A DNA stretch of 32,000 nt from Opitutales bacterium (GCA_965219535.1 CBDCNV010000001.1:1590001-1622000); one strand, 5' to 3'; shown: positions 1-8,466, numbered from the stretch's first letter. A program made the numbers and translations. Notes: generated by a model not told the origin, from the sequence alone.

Positions 1-465
1 CGACTTGCCCGAGTCCTTTATCTCCTGGAGAACTTCGACCAAATTATTTTGTTCAACCTCTTCGACCGTAGGATTGTGCATTTGTATGAGATCGACATAA
101 TCCGTTTTTAAACGTCGAAGGCTTTCATTAATGTTGTGGCGAAACTGCTCCGCCGTCCACTGATGTCCGGGTTCGAGGGGTGATCCCACGGCATCATTAT
201 GACACCCACATTTTGTCGCGAGGTAATACTCATCGCGTCGATGGCTGATAAATTTTCCGATGAGATCTTCACTCACCCCGTAGTCGGGAGCGGTGTCGAC
301 GAAATTGATTCCGCTATCGAGGACAGAATTAAGGATTTGCTCGGCGTCTTTTTCATCGATCTCCGAGCCTCCAAATACCTCCCCGCGGATGGCCGCTCCT
401 CCAAAGCCTAGCTGAGTGATTTCCATCCCTGTTCGCCCGAGGGTGTTTGTTGGTAGATTAGTCAT
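1..465 (-). CDS. aldo/keto reductase, N-terminal part (gene runs off the left edge)
   Basis: Absent from the ORF track because it is open at the window edge. Reverse-strand translation from the ATG at complement 463-465 reads MTNLPTNTLGRTGMEITQLGFGGAAIRGEVFGG...NSVLDSGINFVDTAPDYGVSEDLIGKFI...YLATKCG...DYVDLIQMHNP. The LG.TG...S.LGFG opening, D-TA-x-YG (Asp/Tyr region) and ATK lysine are AKR hallmarks. Confidence 0.8.
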   Translation of the reverse strand, partial: MTNLPTNTLGRTGMEITQLGFGGAAIRGEVFGGSEIDEKDAEQILNSVLDSGINFVDTAPDYGVSEDLIGKFISHRRDEYYLATKCGCHNDAVGSPLEPGHQWTAEQFRHNINESLRRLKTDYVDLIQMHNPTVEEVEQNNLVEVLQEIKDSGKS

Positions 466-546
466 AGTGAAAAATTGAAATACGTATTTTGCTAATATGC
501 AATGGCGGATTTGAGGGATGTCGGCCTTCGCACTCGGTACGGATAT

Positions 547-612
547 CGGATTGCGGATTGATTGCCGATTGTCGATTAATGAGGATTGACGTTTATCGAT
601 TGTCGATTGATT
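547..612. repeat. degenerate CGGATTG/CGATTG heptamer-type array
   Basis: cggattg cggattg (547-560) is followed by ccgattg, tcgatta, aggattg, tcgattg and tcgattg. It is the reverse complement of the array at 708-742. Confidence 0.6.
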
Positions 613-614
613 CC

Positions 615-662
615 TTTTGTCATCGCAGTGGCGGGACTATGACCGACAAGCGCTATGACAAA
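615..662. repeat. short palindromic element, TTGTCATCGC...GCTATGACAA type
   Basis: tttgtcatcgc (616-626) and gctatgacaaa (652-662) are near-perfect reverse complements. The termini are the same as in the elements at 2954-3009 and 15297-15405. Confidence 0.5.
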
Positions 663-690
663 CCAAAGATAATAAAATTGAGGATAATTT

Positions 691-2904
691 TTGAAACCCG
701 CTAAGCCCAATCCGCAGTCCGCAATCCGCAATCCGAAATCGGAGGCGGGGTCGGCGTCGATCTCACCTCATGCCCCGGTTATGGCGGGAAGCTGGGGAAC
801 ATGGACGATTACTTACAAAGTGCCTCCCGGAGGGATCGACGACGGGGGATCAATCCGCGTTGCGATTCGATTTGCCAGCGATTGGGCGATTCCTCAGATG
901 AATGATCCGAGTGGAGATCATTATTTAACTGTCTCGTGTTCCCGTAGTGAAACGCAGTTGGTATCCAGCTGGAGAGCGCGGGCCCACATCCGGCCATACC
1001 AGCCCCATCTTTTTATTGAAGTCCTCGATGCACCTCTCGAATCAGGTGATGAAATAACAATTGTCTACGGCGACTGTTCCCATGGGGGTCGCGGGACGCG
1101 CGCTCAGACCTTCGTTCAGGATAAATTCGATTTTCAAATTGTCGTGGATAGCTTGGGGACAGGGGTATATGATAGTCTTACTGAAAATCCCCACTTAAAA
1201 ATTGTTTCCAACGAACCGCATCACTTAGTGGCGTTGGCTACAGGTGATGGTTCTACAATCCATCCGGCAAGACTCCTGGTGCGCGGTGAGGATATTTGGG
1301 GTAATGCGATTAAGGAATCTATTGCTGGGACTGTCTCGTTAAAAACCAGCGGCCCTGAAAATAACTTGCCTGAAAAGATTGAGCTCAATGAGGGATCTCA
1401 TCTTTTTCCAAATGTAAGTTGTCAGAGTGATGGAGTATTGCGAATTTCCGTGGAGCATCCGCTCTTAGGAAGCGCTGAAGTTGGATCATTGGTCATTAAC
1501 CGCGCTTGTAAACTGCACAGATTCTGGGGTGACCTCCATGGTCAGAGTGGGGAAACAGTGGGGACGAATACCGCAGAACAGTATTTTCACTACGCCAGGG
1601 ACATGGCTCTCTGTGATTTTGCGGGTCACCAGGGAAATGATTTTCAAATTACTGATGCATTATGGGAAGAGATCAACCGGTTAGCGCGGGACCTGACTCG
1701 TGAGGGAGCATTTATAGTTTTTCCCGGCTATGAGTGGTCGGGACTGACACCCGTCGGCGGAGACCGTAATGTTCTGTTCCTCGACGAGGGTCAGACAATA
1801 CGCCGATCGTCGACGGTTCTGGTAAAAGGGCAGAGTGAGCAGTTGGTTGGTACTCCTCTTCGGGAATTATACGAGGAAATTAAAAAATCCGATAAGGAAT
1901 GTATACTTATTCCTCACATAGGAGGGAGACGTGCTAACCTGGAATATTTTGACCCTGAGTTGGAACCCGTAGTGGAGGTGCATTCCTGCTGGGGCACATT
2001 CGAATGGTTTTACCACGATGCACTCCGCAGGGGTTATCGTGTCGGCGTAGTGGCGAACAGTGATGGTCACAAAGGACGACCCGGCGCCGAGCATGCCGGG
2101 ACTGGGAAGTTTGGTGTTTTCGGCGGACTGACATGTATACTGGCAGAAAATTTTGACCGCGCTTCGCTTTTTTACGCTTTGAAATCCAGACATTGTTACG
2201 GGACATCGGGACCCCGAATAGCCCTTCATGCTGAAATGGAGGGGAAATCGATGGGAAGTGACTTGTCACTCAATAGCGAGTCATTGTCTTTTTCTGTTAA
2301 TGTCATTGGCACCGCACCCATTGAAAGCATTGATCTCCTTAAAGCAGGTCAATGCATCGATTCGTGGGAGGGTTGTCCATACGAGGAGCGATCTGGAGAT
2401 TTAATACGGATACGGTGGACAGGGGCGCGCATATTAAACCGCAATCGTGCGACTGATTGGAATGGCTCATTAAAGATTATCGAAAATCAGTTATTGAGCG
2501 TCGACGGATTTGCTTTTGATTCTCCCTCCGAGGGGATTCAGGAATGGAACGCGGAAGGCGTTAGATGGAAAAGTATCACAACCGGAGATGAAGATGGCTT
2601 AATCCTGAATCTAGAAAAGGCCGGTGTTGGGAGTATTAATTATGATACGGGACCCGTCTCCTGCCAGATAGCCGTCGATGAATTAAAAAAGGGCCCGGTC
2701 GTAAAGGATGCGGGTGGGGTGGGTCAGGAAGTCGTATTTGAACTGGCACCTCCGAACGAGGGTTTAAGCAGAGAAGTCACCTGGCAGTCACAGGTTTCGC
2801 CGCGCGAGATAGAGGCGATCGATGGAGTAATTCCCTTGCATCTTCGCGTCCTTCAGGTCGACGGTCACCGTGCCTGGACAAGCCCGTGGTTTATACAATT
2901 GTAG
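691..2904 (+). CDS. PHP/DUF3604-like metal-dependent hydrolase candidate with N-terminal beta-rich domain (function unknown)
   Basis: This is a 737-aa ORF. The central block FWGDLHGQSGETVGT...YARDMALCDFAGHQGNDFQI...FPGYEWSG...IPHIGGR...VEVHSCWG...VVANSDGHKGRPG...CYGTSGPRI resembles PHP/DUF3604-type phosphoesterase motifs. The start is uncertain: TTG 691 has GAGGA 6 nt upstream but adds a repeat-encoded low-complexity N-terminus, and the alternative is the in-frame ATG at 781. Confidence 0.45.
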   Translation: MKPAKPNPQSAIRNPKSEAGSASISPHAPVMAGSWGTWTITYKVPPGGIDDGGSIRVAIRFASDWAIPQMNDPSGDHYLTVSCSRSETQLVSSWRARAHIRPYQPHLFIEVLDAPLESGDEITIVYGDCSHGGRGTRAQTFVQDKFDFQIVVDSLGTGVYDSLTENPHLKIVSNEPHHLVALATGDGSTIHPARLLVRGEDIWGNAIKESIAGTVSLKTSGPENNLPEKIELNEGSHLFPNVSCQSDGVLRISVEHPLLGSAEVGSLVINRACKLHRFWGDLHGQSGETVGTNTAEQYFHYARDMALCDFAGHQGNDFQITDALWEEINRLARDLTREGAFIVFPGYEWSGLTPVGGDRNVLFLDEGQTIRRSSTVLVKGQSEQLVGTPLRELYEEIKKSDKECILIPHIGGRRANLEYFDPELEPVVEVHSCWGTFEWFYHDALRRGYRVGVVANSDGHKGRPGAEHAGTGKFGVFGGLTCILAENFDRASLFYALKSRHCYGTSGPRIALHAEMEGKSMGSDLSLNSESLSFSVNVIGTAPIESIDLLKAGQCIDSWEGCPYEERSGDLIRIRWTGARILNRNRATDWNGSLKIIENQLLSVDGFAFDSPSEGIQEWNAEGVRWKSITTGDEDGLILNLEKAGVGSINYDTGPVSCQIAVDELKKGPVVKDAGGVGQEVVFELAPPNEGLSREVTWQSQVSPREIEAIDGVIPLHLRVLQVDGHRAWTSPWFIQL
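708..742. repeat. (CAATCCG)5 heptamer tandem array
   Basis: The units are caatccg cagtccg caatccg caatccg aaatcgg. The array is inverted relative to 547-560. It lies inside the 737-aa ORF if the TTG at 691 is the start, and in the 5' leader if the ATG at 781 is. Confidence 0.8.
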
Positions 2905-2953
2905 ATTTTTCCTAAAGGTATTCATATATTGTATTTAACTTCGTATCTTCTTC

Positions 2954-3009
2954 TTGTCGTTGCGCTCGGTAGCTTCGTCCCCGCAACTGCGGGATCCTCG
3001 CAATGACAA
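2954..3009. repeat. palindromic element TTGTCGTTGCG...CGCAATGACAA
   Basis: The termini ttgtcgttgcg (2954-2964) and cgcaatgacaa (2999-3009) are inverted. There is an inner 5-bp stem cccgc-aact-gcggg near 2980-2993. Confidence 0.6.
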
Positions 3010-3010
3010 T

Positions 3011-3045
3011 GGGCGCTATTGCGCGTGTTATGTTTTAGGTGTTAA
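3011..3045. repeat. GGGCGCT...(GTGTTAG-type heptamers), direct-repeat partner of 4561-4602
   Basis: gggcgctattgcgcgtgttatgttttaggtgttaag aligns with gggcgcttacacgcgtgttaggttttaagtgttagg at 4561; most positions are identical by eye. It contains the heptamers gtgttat gttttag gtgttaa. Confidence 0.6.
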
Positions 3046-3049
3046 GTTT

Positions 3050-4424
3050 GGTATAGGTTCAAGACATTCTTTACACAAAAGGTTCAGGACATCCTTTACA
3101 GATTGCCAAAGAAAGAAGGATGCTAAGTAAGGGGTATGATGTCATGGAAGGAAACAAATAAAATGGACCAAAGATACCAATTCGCCCTGGAATCGATGCA
3201 ACCGGGAGTAAAGATGAACGAGCTGTGTGAAGACTACGGGATCAGCCGACCGACAGGGTATAAATGGAAGAAGCGCTTCCTGAGCGAAGGGATGGAGGGG
3301 TTGCACGAGCGCTCACGCCGACCGCATGGAAGTGTTCAGGAACTATCCGAATCAGTAGTATGTACGCTGATCAAACTCAAGCATCATCACCCGACGTGGG
3401 GCCCCTACAAGATCCGCGAGCTTTACCAGAGGCGTTACGGGAAGGCCCCCTCAGACTCGAGCGTGAAACGGGTCTTGGAACGTGCGGGACTGGTGCAAAA
3501 GCGTCGGCGCAGAAGCGCTCAAAAAAGCGGACGCCTTTACCGCAGCGTCAAGGCCAGTGGCTGTAACGAAGTGTGGAGCGTAGACTTCAAAGGGTGGTGG
3601 CACACCGTTGATGGCAACCGTTGTGAACCTTTGACGGTACGGGATGAATGGAGCCGCTATGTATTAGAGGTGCGGGTGCTCAGTTCAGCCCGTAGCGAAG
3701 CGGTGCGTGAATGCTTCACAAAACTCTTTGAACGCTATGGACTTCCCGCTTGCATCCGCAGCGACAACGGCAGTCCCTTTGCCAGTGCCAATGCGGTCCT
3801 GGGCCTGAGCAAACTGGCGGCCTGGTGGCTGGCCTTAGGGATCAATCTCGAGCGTGGACGTCCGGGTAAACCCCAGGATAACGGTGCCCATGAGCGTCTC
3901 CATCGCGATATCAAAGAGGAGTTGCAAAAACATGCCCAGGACGATCTTCGCACCCAACAGGTGGCCTTCGATCTGTGGCGCAAGACCTTCAATGAAGAAC
4001 GCCCCCATGCGGCTCTTGCCATGAGCACGCCCTCTGAAATCTATCAGCACAGCTCTCATCCTTACGGTGGCACTCCTGCCGATATCAGCTATGATTTGAT
4101 GACTCGCCGGGTCTCAAAAAGCGGGTCTATCAAACTCGATGGCTTCCAGATTCCTATCTCCACCGCCCTCGCCGGTTGGAGCGTTGGACTAAAACCACTA
4201 GACACGGTACACTTCGATGTTTACTTTGCCACTCTCAGAATCGGTCAGATTGACCTTTCAACGGCTGCTTTCATTGGGGCCGCTTGCGGCCCCAACAATG
4301 CCAGCCAAACCTCTAAAACCGCATAACATTAACTTAACTATATAACCCGATTACCGTTCAGCATCCCTCACAAAGTGTAAACCATGTCTTGATCTAAATC
4401 TGTAAACCATGTCCTGGTTGTACC
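3050..4424 (+). mobile_element. IS481-family insertion sequence (boundaries approximate)
   Basis: A single DDE transposase ORF is flanked by inverted ends: ggtataggttcaagacattctttaca (from 3050) against the reverse complement of the right end, ggtacaaccaggacatggtttaca (ending 4424). Each end carries two copies of a ~17-nt motif caRgacatNNtttaca (3056-3075, 3081-3100; 4376-4392, 4401-4417). Confidence 0.65.
3136..4326 (+). CDS. IS481-family transposase (HTH + rve/DDE integrase core)
   Basis: The 396-aa product has an N-terminal HTH (LCEDYGISRPTGYKWKKRF), then RRPHGS...HPTWGPYKI. DDE candidates are WSVDFKG, IRSDNGSPF and QDNGAHERLHRDIKEE. Confidence 0.85.
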   Translation: MMSWKETNKMDQRYQFALESMQPGVKMNELCEDYGISRPTGYKWKKRFLSEGMEGLHERSRRPHGSVQELSESVVCTLIKLKHHHPTWGPYKIRELYQRRYGKAPSDSSVKRVLERAGLVQKRRRRSAQKSGRLYRSVKASGCNEVWSVDFKGWWHTVDGNRCEPLTVRDEWSRYVLEVRVLSSARSEAVRECFTKLFERYGLPACIRSDNGSPFASANAVLGLSKLAAWWLALGINLERGRPGKPQDNGAHERLHRDIKEELQKHAQDDLRTQQVAFDLWRKTFNEERPHAALAMSTPSEIYQHSSHPYGGTPADISYDLMTRRVSKSGSIKLDGFQIPISTALAGWSVGLKPLDTVHFDVYFATLRIGQIDLSTAAFIGAACGPNNASQTSKTA

Positions 4425-4454
4425 GTTTTATTGCCAAAGAAAGAAGGTCAATTA

Positions 4455-4482
4455 CCTAAAACCTAACACTTAACACCTAAAA
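4455..4482. repeat. heptamer array CCTAAAA/CCTAACA (reverse complement of GTGTTAG type)
   Basis: The units are cctaaaa cctaaca cttaaca cctaaaa. The array is inverted relative to 4575-4602 and to 3025-3045, and 4468-4483 is a perfect reverse complement of gttttaggtgttaagt at 3032-3047. Confidence 0.6.
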
Positions 4483-4494
4483 CTGATCTATAGA

Positions 4495-4557
4495 TCACTC
4501 AATCGTTAGCTCTTCAATGGCGACAGTGATCGTATCTCCTTCCTCATTAGCGAAGAT
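4495..4557 (-). pseudogene. orphan 3'-terminal remnant of a paralogue of the 749-aa secreted protein
   Basis: The reverse strand reads IFANEEGDTITVAIEELTIE* and aligns with the C-terminus NFANEDGEEITVPVEELTIE* of the gene ending at 4662. An in-frame stop lies just upstream (4567-4569), so no gene body is attached. Confidence 0.6.
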
Positions 4558-4560
4558 AGT

Positions 4561-4602
4561 GGGCGCTTACACGCGTGTTAGGTTTTAAGTGTTAGGTGTT
4601 AG
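4561..4602. repeat. GGGCGCT...(GTGTTAG)n, direct-repeat partner of 3011-3045
   Basis: The heptamers gtgttag gttttaa gtgttag gtgttag occupy 4575-4602. Together with 4455-4482 they form an inverted pair bracketing the gene remnant. Confidence 0.6.
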
Positions 4603-4661
4603 GTAATTACGATCAGGGTTCTATGGTTGGGAATTACACAAATCCACTTCCCGTATTTACA

Positions 4662-6911
4662 TTATTCAATTGTTAATTCTTCTACTGGGACAGTAATTTC
4701 CTCACCATCTTCGTTGGCAAAATTGGCAACAATACTTTGTGTCGGTTGTGGTGTGTTGTCCGATTTAAAATTGTTCTGTGTGATCAGGGTCTCAAACCCG
4801 GTCGTTGTCGATCCGCTTTCTGCGACAACGACTGCTGCGCCGTTTGTTTGCGACAGGTCACCACCGGTGATTCGCAACCCAGGGTTGCCCGCGGGTACCG
4901 TGAATGACCCCTCTCCGAACAGGAGGTGAGGCACCGCATCGCCATCCGCATCGATGTCGCCGACCGTTAAGCGAACCGCGATTGGTAATCCGCGCGCATC
5001 CACTCCGACCTTGCCCGTGCTTCCACTGAATACGGTATTCGATAGCTGCATCCCCCCCATGCCCGTGGAATTAACTACTTCCACGAGGGTCACGTCCGCC
5101 TGTGCATCATAGATTTGACCCTCGGGGAACAATGCCTGATTCACCGCGTTGATGGATCCTACAGTGAAGATACTGAAGAAGGTATTGGCGTCCGCTCCGT
5201 CGATGACTACGCTCGGTTTGCCGGTCACATATTCCACTGCCTGGTTGTAGCGTGGAGGGATGGCCGGAAGCAGAAAAGTGGCTGGATCGAGAGTTACGGT
5301 AAAGGTACCTACACCCGAGAACTCGACCTGCACAATGTCTTCGGATTCGTCCATGAAGGAGACACGTGTAATCTGATTCGGTCTCGCCTGAAGCTGGATA
5401 CTTTCTCCGGTTAACAGAATCTGGTCAAAGATATTGCCGTTGGGATGCATGATGTTCTCTCCGGCGATATCCCCCGTTCCTTCAAGTACCAGGGGCACAG
5501 CCGGGGCGGCAATGGTGATTACGGAAGTGTCGCTATTAGCGGTTCCCCCGGCATTGTTTACCTGCACCCAGAAGTTTGTGTTCGCGGTAAGCGCGCCGGT
5601 GTCAAAGCTACTACCAGTTGCACCAGTCACGGGGTTGGCGGTGTCACCACTGTTGCCGGTATACCACTGGTAAGTGAGATCGATGCCACTGGCAACTACA
5701 GACAAGCTCGCCGATGCGCCGGATTGCACTTCTTGATTCGAGGGTTGGGAGGTAATGGAGGGAGCATCCGCGGGTGGCGGTGCCGAGGTGCCCGTGCCGG
5801 GAGCGCCGATGGGCGTAAACCCAAAGTCATCGAGACTGATATTATCAAAACTGCCCGCGGTTGTAGATACTAATCCATTGATATACGTAATCTTTCCAAT
5901 ACCCTCAGGTGCACCTAGTTCCTCAGCGTTGAAATCAAAAAAGGTAAAGGGGACATCAAATGCTATATTAATATTAAGCGGAATATCTTTAGTCGAAGTA
6001 AGGAGATTGTCATTGGTATCAAAGACCTGAATCTCACCATCACCCTCAAAGAATACAGCCGCGTAAAATTGCACCTGAAACGCCGGTGTTTCAAAGGTGA
6101 TGGTCCCGGTAAATTCATTTATAATGATCCAAACGGCCGCTTGGAGAACCTCAGAACCTGCAGCCGTTGCAGGAAGCGTAGGAAATGAGTGATTAAAAGC
6201 CGGAAATGCGCTAAGCCCCTGGACCACACCCCCGGTAAAGGTGGCGGTAAATGGTGGCTGGCCCAGGGTAAAATTCGCAAGGCTGGCAAATACAGGGTTA
6301 CCAGCTACCCCTTCAAAATCTTCAAATACGGTGTTGTTCGGAGGTCCATCGACATAAGTAAAACCCAGGTCATCGATAGAAAATTGACCCGAAACATTGA
6401 CGACCTTTATTTCTTTTATCCCTGCAGTATAATTCAGGTCCGTGGTGTCAGCACTATCACCACTGAAAGAAACAAAGCTTTGTAAGGGCGGATTGGCGCC
6501 TGGACTGATATCAGCGGGTAATCCAACAACTACTCCTTGTTCAACCAAAGTGAAAAAGTTTTTATCACGCAACTCGAGTCTACCTGATCCATTGGTCTCC
6601 GCTGCATAAAACTGCACTAAGTTAACCCCTCTTTCAAATAAGATTTTTCCTTCCTGGGCACCAGGGACAAGGACCAAAGCCTTGGTCCCTGAATGGGTTA
6701 GACTGGGATTCTCTACGGTTTCCAGGGTAAAGTTTATCACCCGTACAGTGAACGGTGATTGCCCGATCGTAAAATCAGTTCCCTCAGCGGTAATATTTTC
6801 AAAATCGAAGAAGGTGTCGAGGTCTTGAGGTAGGGCGTGGAGAAGCACGGGAATTCCAAAGCAAATAAGCAAGCCAGAAAGTAATTTTAATTTGTTCAAA
6901 ATGGACCCCAC
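4662..6911 (-). CDS. secreted protein: signal peptide, duplicated ~170-aa N-terminal domain, Ig-like domain, unknown C-terminal half
   Basis: The 749-aa product has the signal peptide MGSILNKLKLLSGLLICFGIPVLLHA. There is an internal duplication (FFDFENI...GQSPFTV...VQFYAAETNGSGRLEL...SIDDLGFTYV against VFEDFEGV...GQPPFTA...VQFYAAVFFEGDGEIQV...SLDDFGFTPI). An Ig/I-set-like segment reads ITSQPSNQEVQSGASASLSVVASGIDLTYQWYTGN...FWVQVNNAGGTANSDTSVITI. Confidence 0.7.
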   Translation of the reverse strand: MGSILNKLKLLSGLLICFGIPVLLHALPQDLDTFFDFENITAEGTDFTIGQSPFTVRVINFTLETVENPSLTHSGTKALVLVPGAQEGKILFERGVNLVQFYAAETNGSGRLELRDKNFFTLVEQGVVVGLPADISPGANPPLQSFVSFSGDSADTTDLNYTAGIKEIKVVNVSGQFSIDDLGFTYVDGPPNNTVFEDFEGVAGNPVFASLANFTLGQPPFTATFTGGVVQGLSAFPAFNHSFPTLPATAAGSEVLQAAVWIIINEFTGTITFETPAFQVQFYAAVFFEGDGEIQVFDTNDNLLTSTKDIPLNINIAFDVPFTFFDFNAEELGAPEGIGKITYINGLVSTTAGSFDNISLDDFGFTPIGAPGTGTSAPPPADAPSITSQPSNQEVQSGASASLSVVASGIDLTYQWYTGNSGDTANPVTGATGSSFDTGALTANTNFWVQVNNAGGTANSDTSVITIAAPAVPLVLEGTGDIAGENIMHPNGNIFDQILLTGESIQLQARPNQITRVSFMDESEDIVQVEFSGVGTFTVTLDPATFLLPAIPPRYNQAVEYVTGKPSVVIDGADANTFFSIFTVGSINAVNQALFPEGQIYDAQADVTLVEVVNSTGMGGMQLSNTVFSGSTGKVGVDARGLPIAVRLTVGDIDADGDAVPHLLFGEGSFTVPAGNPGLRITGGDLSQTNGAAVVVAESGSTTTGFETLITQNNFKSDNTPQPTQSIVANFANEDGEEITVPVEELTIE

Positions 6912-7169
6912 TCTTTATAATTAAGAATACTTGAGCTTTTAATAAGTAATGTTGCACATATAATCGTAATGTAAAATGAATTAATGCGATTACCGTTATG
7001 AATTAGGTACTACCGAGTCTCGCGACTGTGGGACAATAGCGCCTAATGTCATAAAAGGAACAAATGTGATATTCAATTTGTCGCTGCGTGGAGCAAACGA
7101 CGAAATTTTTGAGGGCGAAGCCCGACATCGAACAAACCGGCAGTCGATTTACTGCGGTTGCAAAAGGGA

Positions 7170-8141
7170 ATGAAATCACTTTTAAATAGGGAGATGAAGA
7201 TCTGCGTATCAGTTGCTGCGTTATTTTTTCTGCTCAGCAATGTCTTTGGAGAGGAGAGTAAGCAATTTTCGGAATTGAAAGCGCGGGCTGAAAATGGCGA
7301 TGCGGAAGCACAATTTAAAATTGGGTACATGTACCTTAAAGGGCGGAACGTTGAGCAGGACTTAAGTGAAGCATTCAACTGGACGCATAAAGCAGCGGTA
7401 CAAGGGTATGCTTCCGCACAGAACAATTTAGGAGTGATGTATGCCAAGGGGCAGGGGGTAGCACAGAATTATGTTTGGGCTTATGCCTGGTTTAGCATCG
7501 CTTCGGAGTCAGGGGCCGCTTCGAGCATAAAGCATATTCAAAGCCTTAACAATTACATGACAGAAGAGCAAAGAAACGAAGCTATCTTCATAATCGGAAG
7601 GTTGTATTACTTTGGTTATGGTGTAGATCAGGATTTTACCAATGCCTTCAAATGGCACCGGAAAGCTGCCTTACGCGGTAATGCCCAAGCCCAGTTCAAT
7701 TTTGCCATCTTCTATGAAAAGGGCCAGGGAATAGAAAAGGATGACAGAGAAGCATACATTTGGACGTTAAAAGCGGGAGAACAGGGATACACGGCGGCAT
7801 ATAATAAACTGGGGAAAATTTATGCCGAAGGCCTTGGGGTAGAAAGGGATTTTGTCAAAGCCTTCGAATGGTGGCGCAAGGCAGCTTACCAGGGAATCCC
7901 GTCCGCTCAAAGTAGCTTAGCCGAGTTGTATGCCGTTGGACGGGGAGTAAAACAGGATTATGTATGGGCTTATACCTGGTACAGTATTGCGGTCATTGGG
8001 GGTGCTCAGGTTGAGAAGAAACGCTTGGATGATCTCAGAGCAGCAATGAACTCACCACAAATCTCAGAAGCCGCGAGACGAGTCGAACAATGGTTGAAAA
8101 AAATAAAAAAGGAGCAGGAGGAGAAAATTAAAGATCAGTAA
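7170..8141 (+). CDS. secreted Sel1-like (SLR/TPR-type) repeat protein
   Basis: About seven Sel1 repeats are visible (AEAQFKIGYMYLKGRNVEQDLSEAFNWTHKAA, SAQNNLGVMYAKGQGVAQNYVWAYAWFSIA, and so on). The signal-like N-terminus is MKSLLNREMKICVSVAALFFLLSNVFG. I prefer the ATG at 7170 over the track's TTG at 7158. Confidence 0.85.
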   Translation: MKSLLNREMKICVSVAALFFLLSNVFGEESKQFSELKARAENGDAEAQFKIGYMYLKGRNVEQDLSEAFNWTHKAAVQGYASAQNNLGVMYAKGQGVAQNYVWAYAWFSIASESGAASSIKHIQSLNNYMTEEQRNEAIFIIGRLYYFGYGVDQDFTNAFKWHRKAALRGNAQAQFNFAIFYEKGQGIEKDDREAYIWTLKAGEQGYTAAYNKLGKIYAEGLGVERDFVKAFEWWRKAAYQGIPSAQSSLAELYAVGRGVKQDYVWAYTWYSIAVIGGAQVEKKRLDDLRAAMNSPQISEAARRVEQWLKKIKKEQEEKIKDQ

Positions 8142-8220
8142 ACCGTGAAGCATTGGCATGCTCTGTCCGGGGCTATTAAGTTAAACTAAAGTGTGGTTCA
8201 AATAAAGACTACAAAATACA

Positions 8221-8466
8221 ATGGAACTTAAACTAAAAGGAAATCCGGCTATTATAGTTGTGGTCGTTATTGTTGCGGGTTTAATTGGCTACCGTATTTT
8301 TTTTCAGTCTGACCTATCAGGGAGTCCTGAATTACGTCAACAGCTCGAGACAAACCTGATGTCAGAAATTGCGGGCGATATAATGGCTGATGCGAAAGCG
8401 ATGAAGGATGCAATTGATCGTGGAGATAATAAGACCGCCTATAGCTGGTACTTGAAGTTGTTTTAG
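8221..8466 (+). CDS. small single-pass membrane protein, unknown function (possibly frameshifted, see findings)
   Basis: The 81-aa product has the TM segment PAIIVVVVIVAGLIGYRIFF. I recognise no family. Confidence 0.4.
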   Translation: MELKLKGNPAIIVVVVIVAGLIGYRIFFQSDLSGSPELRQQLETNLMSEIAGDIMADAKAMKDAIDRGDNKTAYSWYLKLF

